Below, one piece after another: positions 37,960 to 47,916 of a stretch of DNA of 64,000 bases. The position numbers were made by a program, and so were the translations under genes. Position 1 is the first letter of the stretch. Each line of letters starts with the position of its first letter. The DNA is from Spirochaetia bacterium (GTDB lineage Bacteria > Spirochaetota > Spirochaetia > DSM-2461), in NCBI GenBank assembly GCA_963666985.2, contig CAXXIA010000002.1, positions 1,152,001-1,216,000 of the forward strand, read 5' to 3'. The notes beneath the pieces are model-generated. The model made no database searches and was not told the DNA's origin. It saw only the letters and a list, made by a program, of their open reading frames with translations.

Positions 37960-39066
37960 TCAAGAGAATCTAATGCCCAAACCGTTATGATCCGCCGCCG
38001 TGAAGTTGAAGACGCCGCCTGTTCCGGCGAGGCCGCTGATATTCTCGATGGCGTCCCGGACGGCCGCACGGTCCGTGGTTCCGGCCGCGGCCACAGCCTC
38101 GGCTATGATGACGAACGCATCGTAGGCATGTCCGCCGAATGTGCTGACGTTCTCGCCGTAGCGGGATTCATATTCGCTCTTATAGGAGACAAGCGCGGCC
38201 TTCTGCGGGTGCGAATCCGGCAGAACATCCGCGACGAGCAGGCGGCCAGCCGGGAATATAATTCCTTCCGCGGCCTCGCCGGCGGCTTCGACATATTTAA
38301 TGTTGCCGAAGCCGTGGCTCTGAAAGAGGGGAATCTTCATGCCGAGCTGCGCCATGTTCTTCGCAACGATGGACTGGGCGGGAACAATGGACCAGTTAAC
38401 CACGGCCTGGACGTTCTCGGCCTTAATCTTCGTCAGAACCGCAGTCAGGTCGGTCGCCGCGCTGTCGTAGGTTTCGGCGATGGCGATTTTGATGCCGTAA
38501 TCGGGAGCATACTTCTCCAGCTGGCCTTTTCCGGCGTTTCCGAATCCGGTGTTGGCCGCAACCACTCCGATGGTATCGATTCCCAAATCGTTCATGGTTC
38601 GGAAGATCAGTTCGGCAACGTAATTATCTTTCTGGGGTGTTTTAAAAACATAACTCGCCACCGGATCGACGATCAGTTCGGCGGCCGCGCAGGAGACAAG
38701 CGGCGTGCGGTACGATTCGCAGAGATCTTTAATCTGCAGGGTTTCGCCGCTGGTGGTGGGACCGATGATGGCGACCACGCGATCTTCCTCGATGAGCTGC
38801 TTGGCGAAGGAAATGGCTTTCTCGGGGTTTCCGGCCGAATCTTTGATAATCAGCTCAATCCGTCTGCCGCCGATGCCGCCCTTCGCGTTGTAGTCCTCGG
38901 TAAGCATCTCAAGCGTTTTCGCCTCGGGAGCACCAAGGAAAGACGCCCCGCCGGTAACGGCCAGGATGGCGCCGATTTTAACGGTTTCGGTTTCCGCCTC
39001 TCCGCCGGCGAACACCGCTGAAAAGGCCAGCGGAAGAACAAGTAAGGTAAGAAGAATTCGTTTCAT
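37960..39066 (-). CDS. livK: Liv-type ABC substrate-binding protein (apparent frameshift near C-terminus; the repaired frame would end at 37920)
   Basis: Signal ..FAGG; KIGAI...TG....G, IIGP..SG, QSHG, F.F...DHNG; SD AAGGAG. Confidence 0.88.
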   Translation of the reverse strand: MKRILLTLLVLPLAFSAVFAGGEAETETVKIGAILAVTGGASFLGAPEAKTLEMLTEDYNAKGGIGGRRIELIIKDSAGNPEKAISFAKQLIEEDRVVAIIGPTTSGETLQIKDLCESYRTPLVSCAAAELIVDPVASYVFKTPQKDNYVAELIFRTMNDLGIDTIGVVAANTGFGNAGKGQLEKYAPDYGIKIAIAETYDSAATDLTAVLTKIKAENVQAVVNWSIVPAQSIVAKNMAQLGMKIPLFQSHGFGNIKYVEAAGEAAEGIIFPAGRLLVADVLPDSHPQKAALVSYKSEYESRYGENVSTFGGHAYDAFVIIAEAVAAAGTTDRAAVRDAIENISGLAGTGGVFNFTAADHNGLGIRFS

Positions 39067-39140
39067 GAGTAATACTCCTTTTCATCCCGTCGGAAAGAGC
39101 GGGACGGTTCCGGCGAACCGCCGGCTTATCGGCCGCGGCT

Positions 39141-39164
39141 ATCCGACCGACCGGTCGGTCGGAT
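39141..39164. promoter_or_regulatory. 24-bp perfect palindrome, PaaR/TetR-type operator candidate
   Basis: ATCCGACCGACCGGTCGGTCGGAT containing ACCGA-N4-TCGGT. Confidence 0.75.
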
Positions 39165-39182
39165 TCCGACCACATAGTCGGT

Positions 39183-39212
39183 ACTGTACCCTTTGAAACA
39201 AAGAGCGGTCAA
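39183..39212 (-). promoter_or_regulatory. Sigma70-type promoter for the liv-paaK operon
   Basis: TTGACC-18nt-TACAGT on the minus strand. Confidence 0.55.
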
Positions 39213-39343
39213 GAAATATTTATTGCAGAGTATTGATAGCAACACCGCCGGTATAAATACCGGCCGGTTCAAAAGGATTAATCCGAATCGGAAAAAACGA
39301 AGGGCCTCGCCTCGTTTCGGCGCCCCCTCGGATTTTTAACAGG

Positions 39344-39425
39344 CGAGGCGATTTCAAAAATAGGCGATTTTTGAAATAAAACCTTTATAACTGATTCTAA
39401 AGGGGTTTCAGCCGTCGGTTCCAAG
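39344..39425 (-). repeat. Dispersed palindromic non-coding repeat, copy B
   Basis: Reverse complement aligns to 13762-13844. Confidence 0.75.
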
Positions 39426-39454
39426 AAAGGCGGCCGGAGGATGGCTTCGGGGGG

Positions 39455-40660
39455 TCACTCATAAGAGAGAGCGGCCACAGGATCCAATCGGCTCGCCCGG
39501 GCGGCCGGATACCAGCCGAAAAACACCCCGACAAGAGCGGAGAAGGCCACCGCGCCGAAAACCGCAAAAAGATTCGCGGAAAACGACCATCCCAACAGCA
39601 TAATGGCCACGGCGCTCAGGCCCAGACCGAAGAGAACGCCTAAGGCGCCTCCGAACGTGGTGAGGGCGGCCGCTTCCAGCAGGAACTGCCGGCGGATAAC
39701 CCGCGGCGTGGCACCGAGGGCCTTTCGAATGCCGATTTCCCGCGTCCGCTCGGAAACCGAAACGAGCATGATGTTCATAATGCCGATGCCGCCGACAATC
39801 AGACTGATGGCCGCCACGCCCGAAAGGAACAGGTTGAGCGTTTCGGTAATACCGGTAAACATCTCCGCCATGGAGGCCGGCGACATCACCCGCACCTCTT
39901 CGTCGTCCGCGCCGAAAAGGCCCTCGAACCACGCCTCGAGATTCTCGGAAACCTCCAGAACGTCCGCGTCCTCATCGGCTGTTACGCCGTAGCGGGTAAT
40001 GGTGTCCACTTTCTGCAGGCGGGCGTCGAACGTGCTCATCGGGACATACACCGTTTCGTCGAAACTGTTCCCCATGGAATCGGCCATGGTGTCCATCACG
40101 CCGATGACTTTGAAGCTCCGCGCCTGATTCCGGAAAATTCTGATGCGGCTTCCCAGAGCATCCCCGTCGGGAAACAAACTTTCGGCTATTTCGGCGCCGA
40201 GAACGCAGACGGCCTCCCGCCGCTCTTCGTTATGCTCGGTTAAAAAGGTGCCTTCCGCCGTCTTGTATTTATAAATCTCCGCGTAATCGGGAAACGCGGC
40301 CATCACGGTAACGCTTTCATACTGATTCTTTCCATGAGAAACGGTAAACGAAGAGGAAACCAGGGGGACCGCGGCGGCGACGCCTTCGACTTCTTCGGCG
40401 ATGCGGTCGGCGAAATCCAGATCAAAGGCCCGCGTTACCGCCGTTGAAGCGTCGCGTCCGGCCATGACGGTGATGGAGTTCAAACCGGCGTCCACCACGG
40501 ATTCCCGGATACTGTTGGTGGCGCTGCCGCCGAGGGTGGTGATGGCGATAACCGACATCACGCCGATGACGATGCCGAGGGCCGAGAGTGCCGTCCGCAG
40601 TTTGCTGTTCGCGAAATTCGAAACGGCAAGCTTGACGTATTCCCAGAACATTCCGTTCAT
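39455..40660 (-). CDS. MacB-like ABC exporter permease
   Basis: RT.LS.LGI.IGV, SL.VGGIGIMNIMLVSV.ERTREIG.RKA.GA, YPA.RA..LDP..AL.YE. Confidence 0.93.
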   Translation of the reverse strand: MNGMFWEYVKLAVSNFANSKLRTALSALGIVIGVMSVIAITTLGGSATNSIRESVVDAGLNSITVMAGRDASTAVTRAFDLDFADRIAEEVEGVAAAVPLVSSSFTVSHGKNQYESVTVMAAFPDYAEIYKYKTAEGTFLTEHNEERREAVCVLGAEIAESLFPDGDALGSRIRIFRNQARSFKVIGVMDTMADSMGNSFDETVYVPMSTFDARLQKVDTITRYGVTADEDADVLEVSENLEAWFEGLFGADDEEVRVMSPASMAEMFTGITETLNLFLSGVAAISLIVGGIGIMNIMLVSVSERTREIGIRKALGATPRVIRRQFLLEAAALTTFGGALGVLFGLGLSAVAIMLLGWSFSANLFAVFGAVAFSALVGVFFGWYPAARASRLDPVAALSYE

Positions 40661-41649
40661 TTCAGATGACCCCCTGCCGCTTCGGCGGTTTCTTCCGTCC
40701 GCGGCTCGGCCGCGTCTTGGGCCATCGGCGCTGCCGAACCCGCCTCTTGAACAATCACTGCCGCCCCGGCCGCATCTTGCCCCGCCGCCTGAGTCGCGGC
40801 TGCCGCCGTAGCCACCGCCGCCGGCTCTCTCGCCGCCGGTCGGTCTCCGTCTCCCGCCGAACCACCGGCCAACCCCGCCGGCGCGGCGCCCCCCATGCCG
40901 TCATCGGCGATCAGTCCGTCCAAAATATGGATGCACCGCGGAGCGAAAGCGCCGATATCCGGATCGTGCGTTACGATAACCAGAGTGTTCCCCGCCTCGT
41001 GCAGTTCGGTAAACAGCTCCAGAATCCGGCGGCCCGTTTCCTGATCCAGCGCGCCGGTCGGTTCGTCGGCCAACAAAAGAGACGGATCGTTCACAAGGGC
41101 CCGGGCGATGGCGGCGCGCTGTTTCTGCCCCCCGGAAAGCTCCCTGGGAAGGTGTTTCATCCGATCCGCCAACCCCACGCGTTCCAGCACGAAGGCCGCC
41201 TTCTCCCGCCTCTGCGCGGCGGACATCCCCGAATAAAGAAGCGGCGTGGCCACATTGTCCAAAATATTGATGCGGGCCAGCAGGTTGAACTGCTGAAACA
41301 CGAATCCGATCTTCTCATTTCGGATTGCCGCCAGCCCGTTTTCGTCCAGAGACGAGATATCGATGCCGTCCAAAAAGACTTTTCCCGAAGTGGGCGTATC
41401 CAGACATCCCACCAGATTCATCAATGTGGATTTCCCGGAGCCCGAAGGTCCCATCACGGAAACCATCTCACCTCTCTCAACCTTCAAATCCACGCCGCGC
41501 AGGGCCCGTACCACCACGTCGCCCATCACATAGTCCCGTGCGGCATCGCGAGTTTCAATAACCGGCCGGCGGATCTCCGGCTTTCCCGCCGCGGCATTTG
41601 CCGCGGTCGGCCTTCCCGCAGTTGTCTCTGTTTTATATTTCTTCTTCAC
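40657..41649 (-). CDS. MacB/LolD-like ABC ATP-binding protein with Ala-rich C-terminal tail
   Basis: [36 protein letters not shown]. Confidence 0.92.
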   Translation of the reverse strand: MKKKYKTETTAGRPTAANAAAGKPEIRRPVIETRDAARDYVMGDVVVRALRGVDLKVERGEMVSVMGPSGSGKSTLMNLVGCLDTPTSGKVFLDGIDISSLDENGLAAIRNEKIGFVFQQFNLLARINILDNVATPLLYSGMSAAQRREKAAFVLERVGLADRMKHLPRELSGGQKQRAAIARALVNDPSLLLADEPTGALDQETGRRILELFTELHEAGNTLVIVTHDPDIGAFAPRCIHILDGLIADDGMGGAAPAGLAGGSAGDGDRPAAREPAAVATAAAATQAAGQDAAGAAVIVQEAGSAAPMAQDAAEPRTEETAEAAGGHLK

Positions 41650-41768
41650 ACCGCCTCCCGATCGGCCGCCGCCGAACTTTGGCCTGAAATCTCAAAATAA
41701 AGCTCTTTTCCGACAATCCGCTTCCCGGCAACACGCTTTTCAGCAGGCTGCTTGAACATCCCGACCTA

Positions 41769-43091
41769 TTAACGACCGCCCGGAGGGGGGCCGCCGCCAC
41801 CGGGAGGGCCGCCGCCCGGACCGCCGCCTCCCGGGCCGCCGCCGAATCCCAAAAGTTCCATAACGCTCGTCCCGCCCTCTTCCTCTTCGGTACCATCGGC
41901 CGCTTGAGAGGCGGTATCCGCTGCCTTGGCCGTACGGAACACAATCACGCTGTCTCCGTCTTCAAGACCGCTTAACACCTGCACCATTCCTGAGCCGTAA
42001 TCGGCGATTGTTACCGGCGTCGGAACGGGTCTCATTCCATCGGGAAGTCCCGGGATATCCTCAAGACCTCCGCCCTCGGGCGGCTCACCGCCGGGGCCTC
42101 CCGGTCCCGGCGGCGTACCGGCCGCCATTCCGCCGGCCTCTCCATCCGCCGATTGTTCCGAACCGCCGGCAGGAATCCCTTCGGAGGGCCGCTGCGCGGC
42201 GAAGGCCTCGGCTTCCTCGGTGCTCACAAGCTTGAGAACCATGGTCTCATCCCCAAAGGTCTGCACGGCTTCCTCGGGGATGAGCAGAATATCCTCGGCA
42301 TCCGAAAGAAAAATCTCACCCGAGAACGTAAAATACGGCAGAATCACATCCGGAGGATTATCGATGGTTACCTCCGTCTGCAAAACGGCGATACCCTGGT
42401 CGGTTTCCTCGGCCTCAAGCGGAACGAACGACACCCGTCCCGGAACAATCAAATCGGGATAGGCATCGAAAATAAACTCAACCTTCTGCCCGACCGTAAG
42501 GTACGGGGCATCCAGTTCGTCCACTTCCACCGTGGCCTTCATCGTGGAACGATCGATTACCCGAACCACCACGTCCGTATCCGATCCGGCTTCCTGGGCC
42601 CGGACATAATCTCCCACATCGGCGTCCACCACCGACACCAAACCCGAAATGGTGCTGGAAAGACGCGTGTTATCCAGCTCTTCCTGAATCATTTCCAATT
42701 TGAGATTCAGCAAATCCAGATTCCGCTTCGTACCGGTAACTATTTCGGTATCGATTTCCACCTGGACTTCGGCCAGATCGTAACGCTGCTGACTGTCTTC
42801 CAGCGTCGCGACAACTTCACCCGCATCCACCGAATCCCCTTCGGTAACGAAAATGTTTTCAATATATCCGGCAATGGGAAAAGCCAAATCGGCGGAATTC
42901 GCGGGTTCGATATTCCCGCTGATCTCAATGCTTTCCTGATTTTTAACCGTTTCCACGGCGACGATTTCGGGGATTCCTCCCTCGGCCGCCGCAGAAGCGT
43001 TTCGGGGCTTTAGGAACAGAAACAGCGCGGCGGCGATCACCGCAGCGGCCGCGGGAACTGCGATCAAGAATATTTTTGCTCTTCGCGTCAT
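41769..43091 (-). CDS. Periplasmic adaptor (MacA/HlyD-like membrane fusion protein)
   Basis: N-terminal TM; V.EGD.V..G, S.I.G.V, VDE.D..Y...GQ.V, SGL..GD; Gly/Pro-rich inserts. Confidence 0.87.
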   Translation of the reverse strand: MTRRAKIFLIAVPAAAAVIAAALFLFLKPRNASAAAEGGIPEIVAVETVKNQESIEISGNIEPANSADLAFPIAGYIENIFVTEGDSVDAGEVVATLEDSQQRYDLAEVQVEIDTEIVTGTKRNLDLLNLKLEMIQEELDNTRLSSTISGLVSVVDADVGDYVRAQEAGSDTDVVVRVIDRSTMKATVEVDELDAPYLTVGQKVEFIFDAYPDLIVPGRVSFVPLEAEETDQGIAVLQTEVTIDNPPDVILPYFTFSGEIFLSDAEDILLIPEEAVQTFGDETMVLKLVSTEEAEAFAAQRPSEGIPAGGSEQSADGEAGGMAAGTPPGPGGPGGEPPEGGGLEDIPGLPDGMRPVPTPVTIADYGSGMVQVLSGLEDGDSVIVFRTAKAADTASQAADGTEEEEGGTSVMELLGFGGGPGGGGPGGGPPGGGGPPPGGR

Positions 43092-43171
43092 CGGTTTTCC
43101 TCCGATTTGGTAACGATTCATTCTCAAGATAACGATGAAATATGAACGAATTGAGAACGCGAAGAAAAATT

Positions 43172-43906
43172 TCAGCGAAGAATCGGAAGAACAAACGGCA
43201 GCGGGATTCTTTCCTGTTTATATTTTTTCGCCCCTCCGATTTCACTCAGCGCCGCTTCTCCTCTTCGTGAAGAGATTGTTTTAAATGAAGCGGAGGGATC
43301 GAATTGATATGCCGCCGACGGTCCGCCGAAAACCGGAATTGTTCCTACCTCGGCGAAAAAGGGACAATGGAAATGCCCGTGAAAAACGGCAAGAATCGTA
43401 TCCTGATAATCCTTTAAAATCCCTCCGAAAGAATCGGCATCTTCAAGTAAATAGGGATTCAGCCAGGAATCTTCTATGGGCAAGAATTGATGATGGATTA
43501 AAAGAATTGACGGCGTATTCTCGGAAAGGATGGATTCCAGGCGCCGCAGTTGTCCGGTGCCGAGTTTTCCGGAAGAAGAATCCAGACCGATTACCCTGAA
43601 AGACTCTTTCTCAACGGTATAGGGAAATCCGTCGGCCGTCTCCGGAAAGAATTTTTTCATCATCTCGGAATCATCATGATTCCCGGGAATATGCACGCAA
43701 GGTATGCGCAAATCGGCATAAAAACGATAGAGATCTTCGGATGCCGGCCGATTCAGCACATCTCCCGTATGAATACAGAGATCGGCGTGAAACCGTTTAA
43801 CGGCTTCCGAAACATTCCGGGAAAACAGCCGAATTTCACTCTCACCGTTCCCGGTGAAACCGAAATGGGTATCGGTTATGTGGAGTATCCGCAAATAAGA
43901 CATCAT
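43172..43906 (-). CDS. Calcineurin-like metallophosphoesterase (CpdA/Icc-like)
   Basis: ITDTH, HTGD, PGNHD, HH, GHFH; start may extend to 43939. Confidence 0.88.
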   Translation of the reverse strand: MMSYLRILHITDTHFGFTGNGESEIRLFSRNVSEAVKRFHADLCIHTGDVLNRPASEDLYRFYADLRIPCVHIPGNHDDSEMMKKFFPETADGFPYTVEKESFRVIGLDSSSGKLGTGQLRRLESILSENTPSILLIHHQFLPIEDSWLNPYLLEDADSFGGILKDYQDTILAVFHGHFHCPFFAEVGTIPVFGGPSAAYQFDPSASFKTISSRRGEAALSEIGGAKKYKQERIPLPFVLPILR

Positions 43907-43935
43907 GTTCTCACTTCCCCGGAGACACCGAAAAA

Positions 43936-45015
43936 TCAATCCTCATCTTTAAATATGAATGCTTCGGTAAAGCGTAAAAACACTTCGTCACCCGGATGAT
44001 ACGTTACCGAAGAATCGGTATGAACCACGAATTCTCCGAAAGAAGTTTCAACCTCGTAAAGGAAATAGCAGCCCAAATACGTCCCGACAACCACACAGGC
44101 CGGAACGGTATCGTCACTCCCGAGTGCGGAGAGTTCCGCGTTTTCATAGCGAATAACGGCCGTCGCGGACACTCCTTCCTCCGGAGCGGAGGATTGAGCC
44201 GCGAGAAGAGGGACTTCGGCACCGAATGAAGTTGTCAGCGAAACCCTATTCCCGGACACGGCCGAGACAATTCCGTTAATCTTATTGGACCGCCCCAAGA
44301 AACAGGCGCTGAACAGATTTTTCGGCCTGCAGTACAAATCACGCGGATTATCGACCTGCCGAATCCTTCCTTCATTCATTAAAACAATCCGGTCGGAAAC
44401 CGCCATAGCCTCTTCCTGGTCATGGGTAACATACAGAATCGTCAATTTCAGTTTCCGCTGAATCTCTTTCAGCTCAAACCGCATTTGTTCCCGTAATTTG
44501 GAATCCAGATTGGAGAGAGGTTCATCGAGAAGCAAAGCGTCCGGATTCATCACAAGAGCCCGTCCGAGGGCAATCCTCTGCTGCTGACCTCCGGACATCA
44601 TGGAGGGATATTTTTCTTCACTTCCGGTGAGTTTCAGAAGATCCAGAACAGATCCGACTTTTTCGCGAAGTGCCGCGGCCGGTTCTTTTCGAATTCGCAG
44701 CGGATAGGCCACGTTATCAAACACATTCATATGCGGCCAAACCGCGTAACTCTGAAAAACCATTCCCAGATTTCGCTCCTCCGGAGGAACGTGTATCCGG
44801 CTTTCGGAAGATGCGGCAAAGGCGTTCCCGATTCGGATTTCACCGGAGGAAACTGAGAAAAAACCGGCGATACTGCGAAGAAGGGTTGTTTTCCCGCACC
44901 CCGAGGGACCCAGAATACTGACGAACTCCCCATCGGCGATATTGAGTGTAAAATCATCAACCGCGGTAAAAGTTCCGTATATTTTTCTTAAATGAGAAAT
45001 TGCGATTTCAGCCAT
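43936..45015 (-). CDS. ABC ATP-binding protein (Fbp/Pot type)
   Basis: GPSGCGKT, FQSYAVWPHM, SGGQQQR, DEPLSNLD, VTHDQ.EA. Confidence 0.93.
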   Translation of the reverse strand: MAEIAISHLRKIYGTFTAVDDFTLNIADGEFVSILGPSGCGKTTLLRSIAGFFSVSSGEIRIGNAFAASSESRIHVPPEERNLGMVFQSYAVWPHMNVFDNVAYPLRIRKEPAAALREKVGSVLDLLKLTGSEEKYPSMMSGGQQQRIALGRALVMNPDALLLDEPLSNLDSKLREQMRFELKEIQRKLKLTILYVTHDQEEAMAVSDRIVLMNEGRIRQVDNPRDLYCRPKNLFSACFLGRSNKINGIVSAVSGNRVSLTTSFGAEVPLLAAQSSAPEEGVSATAVIRYENAELSALGSDDTVPACVVVGTYLGCYFLYEVETSFGEFVVHTDSSVTYHPGDEVFLRFTEAFIFKDED

Positions 45016-46726
45016 AATTCCGCTTCTTTCTATTTTTGTTCATTCGATTCATTTCAAAGAAACGCCCGTGCAGCATTTGAAGAATTAATACAATCATGAC
45101 AATGGCCATTGCATATGCACCGGCCACGGGAACCAATCCTTCTTCCATCACGTTAAAAGCCGTTACTCCTATGGTTTCGTTTCCCGGAGAGTAGAGGAGA
45201 ATCGACAGAGTCAATTCCGTCAGCGCCGGCATGAAAGCCAAAAGCCAGCCGGAACTGATGCCGCTTCGAAGAAGCGGCATGGAAATATCCCGCAGAACGC
45301 CGAAGTTTTTTCTTCCGGAGATTCGAGCCGCCTCTTCCAGCGAAGAATCGATCTGCTTCCAGGAGGCATCAATCGTCCGCATGGGGAAAATCATAAATCG
45401 GACGATATACGCCAAAGCAAGAATCCAAATCGTATTGTATATGGAAACGCCGAGAACCGGATGAATCCAGGAAAGGATCATCGCCACGCCGATAACGATA
45501 CCGGGAACGGCATAAGGCAGGCTCACGATATGATCAATAAACTGATGCCCGTACACCCGTTTGTTGCGGCGCAGATAAACCAGCAGGACCGCCGCCAAGG
45601 TTATCAAAGAAGGAACAATAACGGCCAATCCGAGGCTGTTCCGAAACGATCTTTGAACCAATCCCATTCCGGCCAAAGTCCGATAATGCGCCAGAGTCAT
45701 ATTCTCAGGGCTAAGCGGAAGTCCGAGGGCGCGGGTCAGGGAAGTCACCAGAATCGCCGCAAGGGGTCCGAATACAACCATCAAGACAAAAAGAGCCACC
45801 AGTATCGTCAAAGGCAGACGAAACGGTCCGAGACGAACGGGCTCCATCGGGGCGCTCTTGCCGGTTATGGTCGAATAGCGGTCGAACCGTGTCATCAAGG
45901 CCTGAACACTCTGCGCCATTCCCGCAATAACCAGAAGGAGCAGGGAAAGACCCGTGGCTATGCCGATTCCATTCGGATCCCGAAATCCTCCTATATAGCC
46001 GTAGATTCTGGTTGTTACAACGATGAATCGTCCCGGCGTTCCGAGCAGTGCCGGTATCCCGAACATGGAAATGGTCGTGACAAAAACAATCATCGCGGAA
46101 GAGGCCACCGACGGCAGAAGAACGGGCAGAACGATATCCCTTAAAACCCGGCCCTTTCCGGCGCCGGAAATAAGAGCGGCTTCCTCAAGATGAGCACCCA
46201 TGTTTTCAATGCTCCGCGACAGAACGATAAATGAGTAGGGATAGGTATAGATCACCGAAACCAGAATAACTCCCCCCGCTCCGTAAATGCTGAATAGAGG
46301 GGAATCCAATTGAAACAGATTTTGAAGAAAGACATTTACATATCCGGCATTACCCAAAAGTCTTGTCCAGGCAAAGGCCATGATGAACGGCGGAATAAAA
46401 AATGGAACAACCAAAGCCGTCCGAAAAAAACGGCGGGCATGCAAATCGGTTCGGACAACCAGCCAGGAAAAAACCAGTGCAAGGGGAACGGCGATTGCCG
46501 TTACGGCAATTCCGAGAACAAGGCTGTTTTTTAACGCCCTTAGATTCGATTCATTTCCGACGATCTCCAGCATGTTGCCGCAGGAGAATGCTCCATCCCG
46601 AGTAAATGCCGCCGTAACCAGATGCAAAATCGGATAAATGAAAAGGATTAATAAAACGCCGTAAACCAGAACGGTTATTCCGATCTTACGCGAATCACGG
46701 GATAAAAAAGAACTCTTCAAGTACAT
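45008..46726 (-). CDS. Fused double-domain ABC permease (FbpB/AfuB type)
   Basis: Two LEEAA..SG EAA motifs; FG.P..LG. Confidence 0.9.
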   Translation of the reverse strand: MYLKSSFLSRDSRKIGITVLVYGVLLILFIYPILHLVTAAFTRDGAFSCGNMLEIVGNESNLRALKNSLVLGIAVTAIAVPLALVFSWLVVRTDLHARRFFRTALVVPFFIPPFIMAFAWTRLLGNAGYVNVFLQNLFQLDSPLFSIYGAGGVILVSVIYTYPYSFIVLSRSIENMGAHLEEAALISGAGKGRVLRDIVLPVLLPSVASSAMIVFVTTISMFGIPALLGTPGRFIVVTTRIYGYIGGFRDPNGIGIATGLSLLLLVIAGMAQSVQALMTRFDRYSTITGKSAPMEPVRLGPFRLPLTILVALFVLMVVFGPLAAILVTSLTRALGLPLSPENMTLAHYRTLAGMGLVQRSFRNSLGLAVIVPSLITLAAVLLVYLRRNKRVYGHQFIDHIVSLPYAVPGIVIGVAMILSWIHPVLGVSIYNTIWILALAYIVRFMIFPMRTIDASWKQIDSSLEEAARISGRKNFGVLRDISMPLLRSGISSGWLLAFMPALTELTLSILLYSPGNETIGVTAFNVMEEGLVPVAGAYAMAIVMIVLILQMLHGRFFEMNRMNKNRKKRNYG

Positions 46727-46748
46727 TTCCCTGTAAAAAATATATATA

Positions 46749-46795
46749 CCGGCTTTTCGGATTCACCGGAGAACCGGCGATTCCGAATAAACCGG
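46749..46795. other. Stem-loop between SBP and permease genes
   Basis: Imperfect inverted repeat centred on CCGG-AGAA-CCGG. Confidence 0.45.
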
Positions 46796-46813
46796 CCTAA
46801 CTTTATCCTGCTA

Positions 46814-47821
46814 TTAATCGATACCGAAAATCTTCGCGTATTCGTTCAGAATGGATTCCCGATTCTCAGCCAAGTTCTTCCAATCCGTTTCCAGAACGGG
46901 AATATCGGCCGCCGAAGGAACGCCCTTCGGAAGAGCCACGTTCTTATTCACCGGCATGTAGCCGTTCGCCTGCAGCTGGAGCTGTCCGGGAACGCTCATA
47001 AGATAATTAATGAAAGCGGTGGAAAGTTCCGGATTGTCGGTTGCGGCCATAACGCCGGCCGGAGTTGGAACATAAACCGCTCCTTCCTTCTGATAACAAT
47101 ATCCAACCGGAGATCCCTGCTCCTGCTGAGCACGGGCCATGAAATCTATCGTCAGGCCTATGGCATATTCTCCGGAAGCGATACCCCGTGCGATTCCCCC
47201 GTTTCCTCCGGAAACAACCGGATTATTCGCCGCAAGTTTCTTGTAGAAATCCCATCCGAGTCTATCGTCGTTAATCACACTGGCAACCTGAGTTACCGTT
47301 GCTCCGGAAACAAACGGACTGGCCGACCCGACTTTTCCCTTGTAGCGTTCGTCGGTTAAATCGAACCAACTGTCAATTTTCTCCGTAACCAGATTGGTGT
47401 TATAGGCAATGATCTGATAAATCAAACGCAATTCATACGCCATTCCATCGAAGTAGACAAAGGATTCCGGAATATTCGCAGCTTCCGCCGGCTGAATCTT
47501 CAGCAGCCGACCGTCTTGAGCAAACTGCTCAAAGAGAGCCATATCCGCGAACCAGATTACATCGGCGGGAGTTTCACCCGCCTGCAGCTCGGTCATCAAT
47601 CGCGCCGTCAATTCCGTCGTTCCCAGGCGGAAGATTTCCACCTTTGTTCCGGGATTCAGCAATTCGAACTGATCAACATAAGATTGAACATCTGTCAGAG
47701 TTTCCGAGGTGTACAGAGTTATCGTACCGGAAATTCCATTCGAACTTTCTTCTTTACTCCCGCCGGCGAAAACCGGGCTTATGGCAAGAAGAATCATAAC
47801 TATGGCAATGACATTCTTCAT
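46814..47821 (-). CDS. ABC substrate-binding protein (FbpA/AfuA type)
   Basis: Signal ..FAGGSKE; LYTS, ADVIW, AYNT, SW.DL, P..SG; SD GGAGG. Confidence 0.88.
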   Translation of the reverse strand: MKNVIAIVMILLAISPVFAGGSKEESSNGISGTITLYTSETLTDVQSYVDQFELLNPGTKVEIFRLGTTELTARLMTELQAGETPADVIWFADMALFEQFAQDGRLLKIQPAEAANIPESFVYFDGMAYELRLIYQIIAYNTNLVTEKIDSWFDLTDERYKGKVGSASPFVSGATVTQVASVINDDRLGWDFYKKLAANNPVVSGGNGGIARGIASGEYAIGLTIDFMARAQQEQGSPVGYCYQKEGAVYVPTPAGVMAATDNPELSTAFINYLMSVPGQLQLQANGYMPVNKNVALPKGVPSAADIPVLETDWKNLAENRESILNEYAKIFGID

Positions 47822-47874
47822 ATCCTTCACCTCCGTAAAATGTAAGGCGAACATTACATTTAATTGATGAGAAA

Positions 47875-47890
47875 ATTGTTAACGTACAAT
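47875..47890. promoter_or_regulatory. Candidate GntR/HutC-type operator
   Basis: ATTGT-TAACGT-ACAAT between GntR and SBP genes; a second palindrome AAATGTAA-N8-TTACATTT lies at 47838-47861. Confidence 0.45.
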
Positions 47891-47916
47891 GAATTTTCAA
47901 TAAAGCAGCGTAAGGA

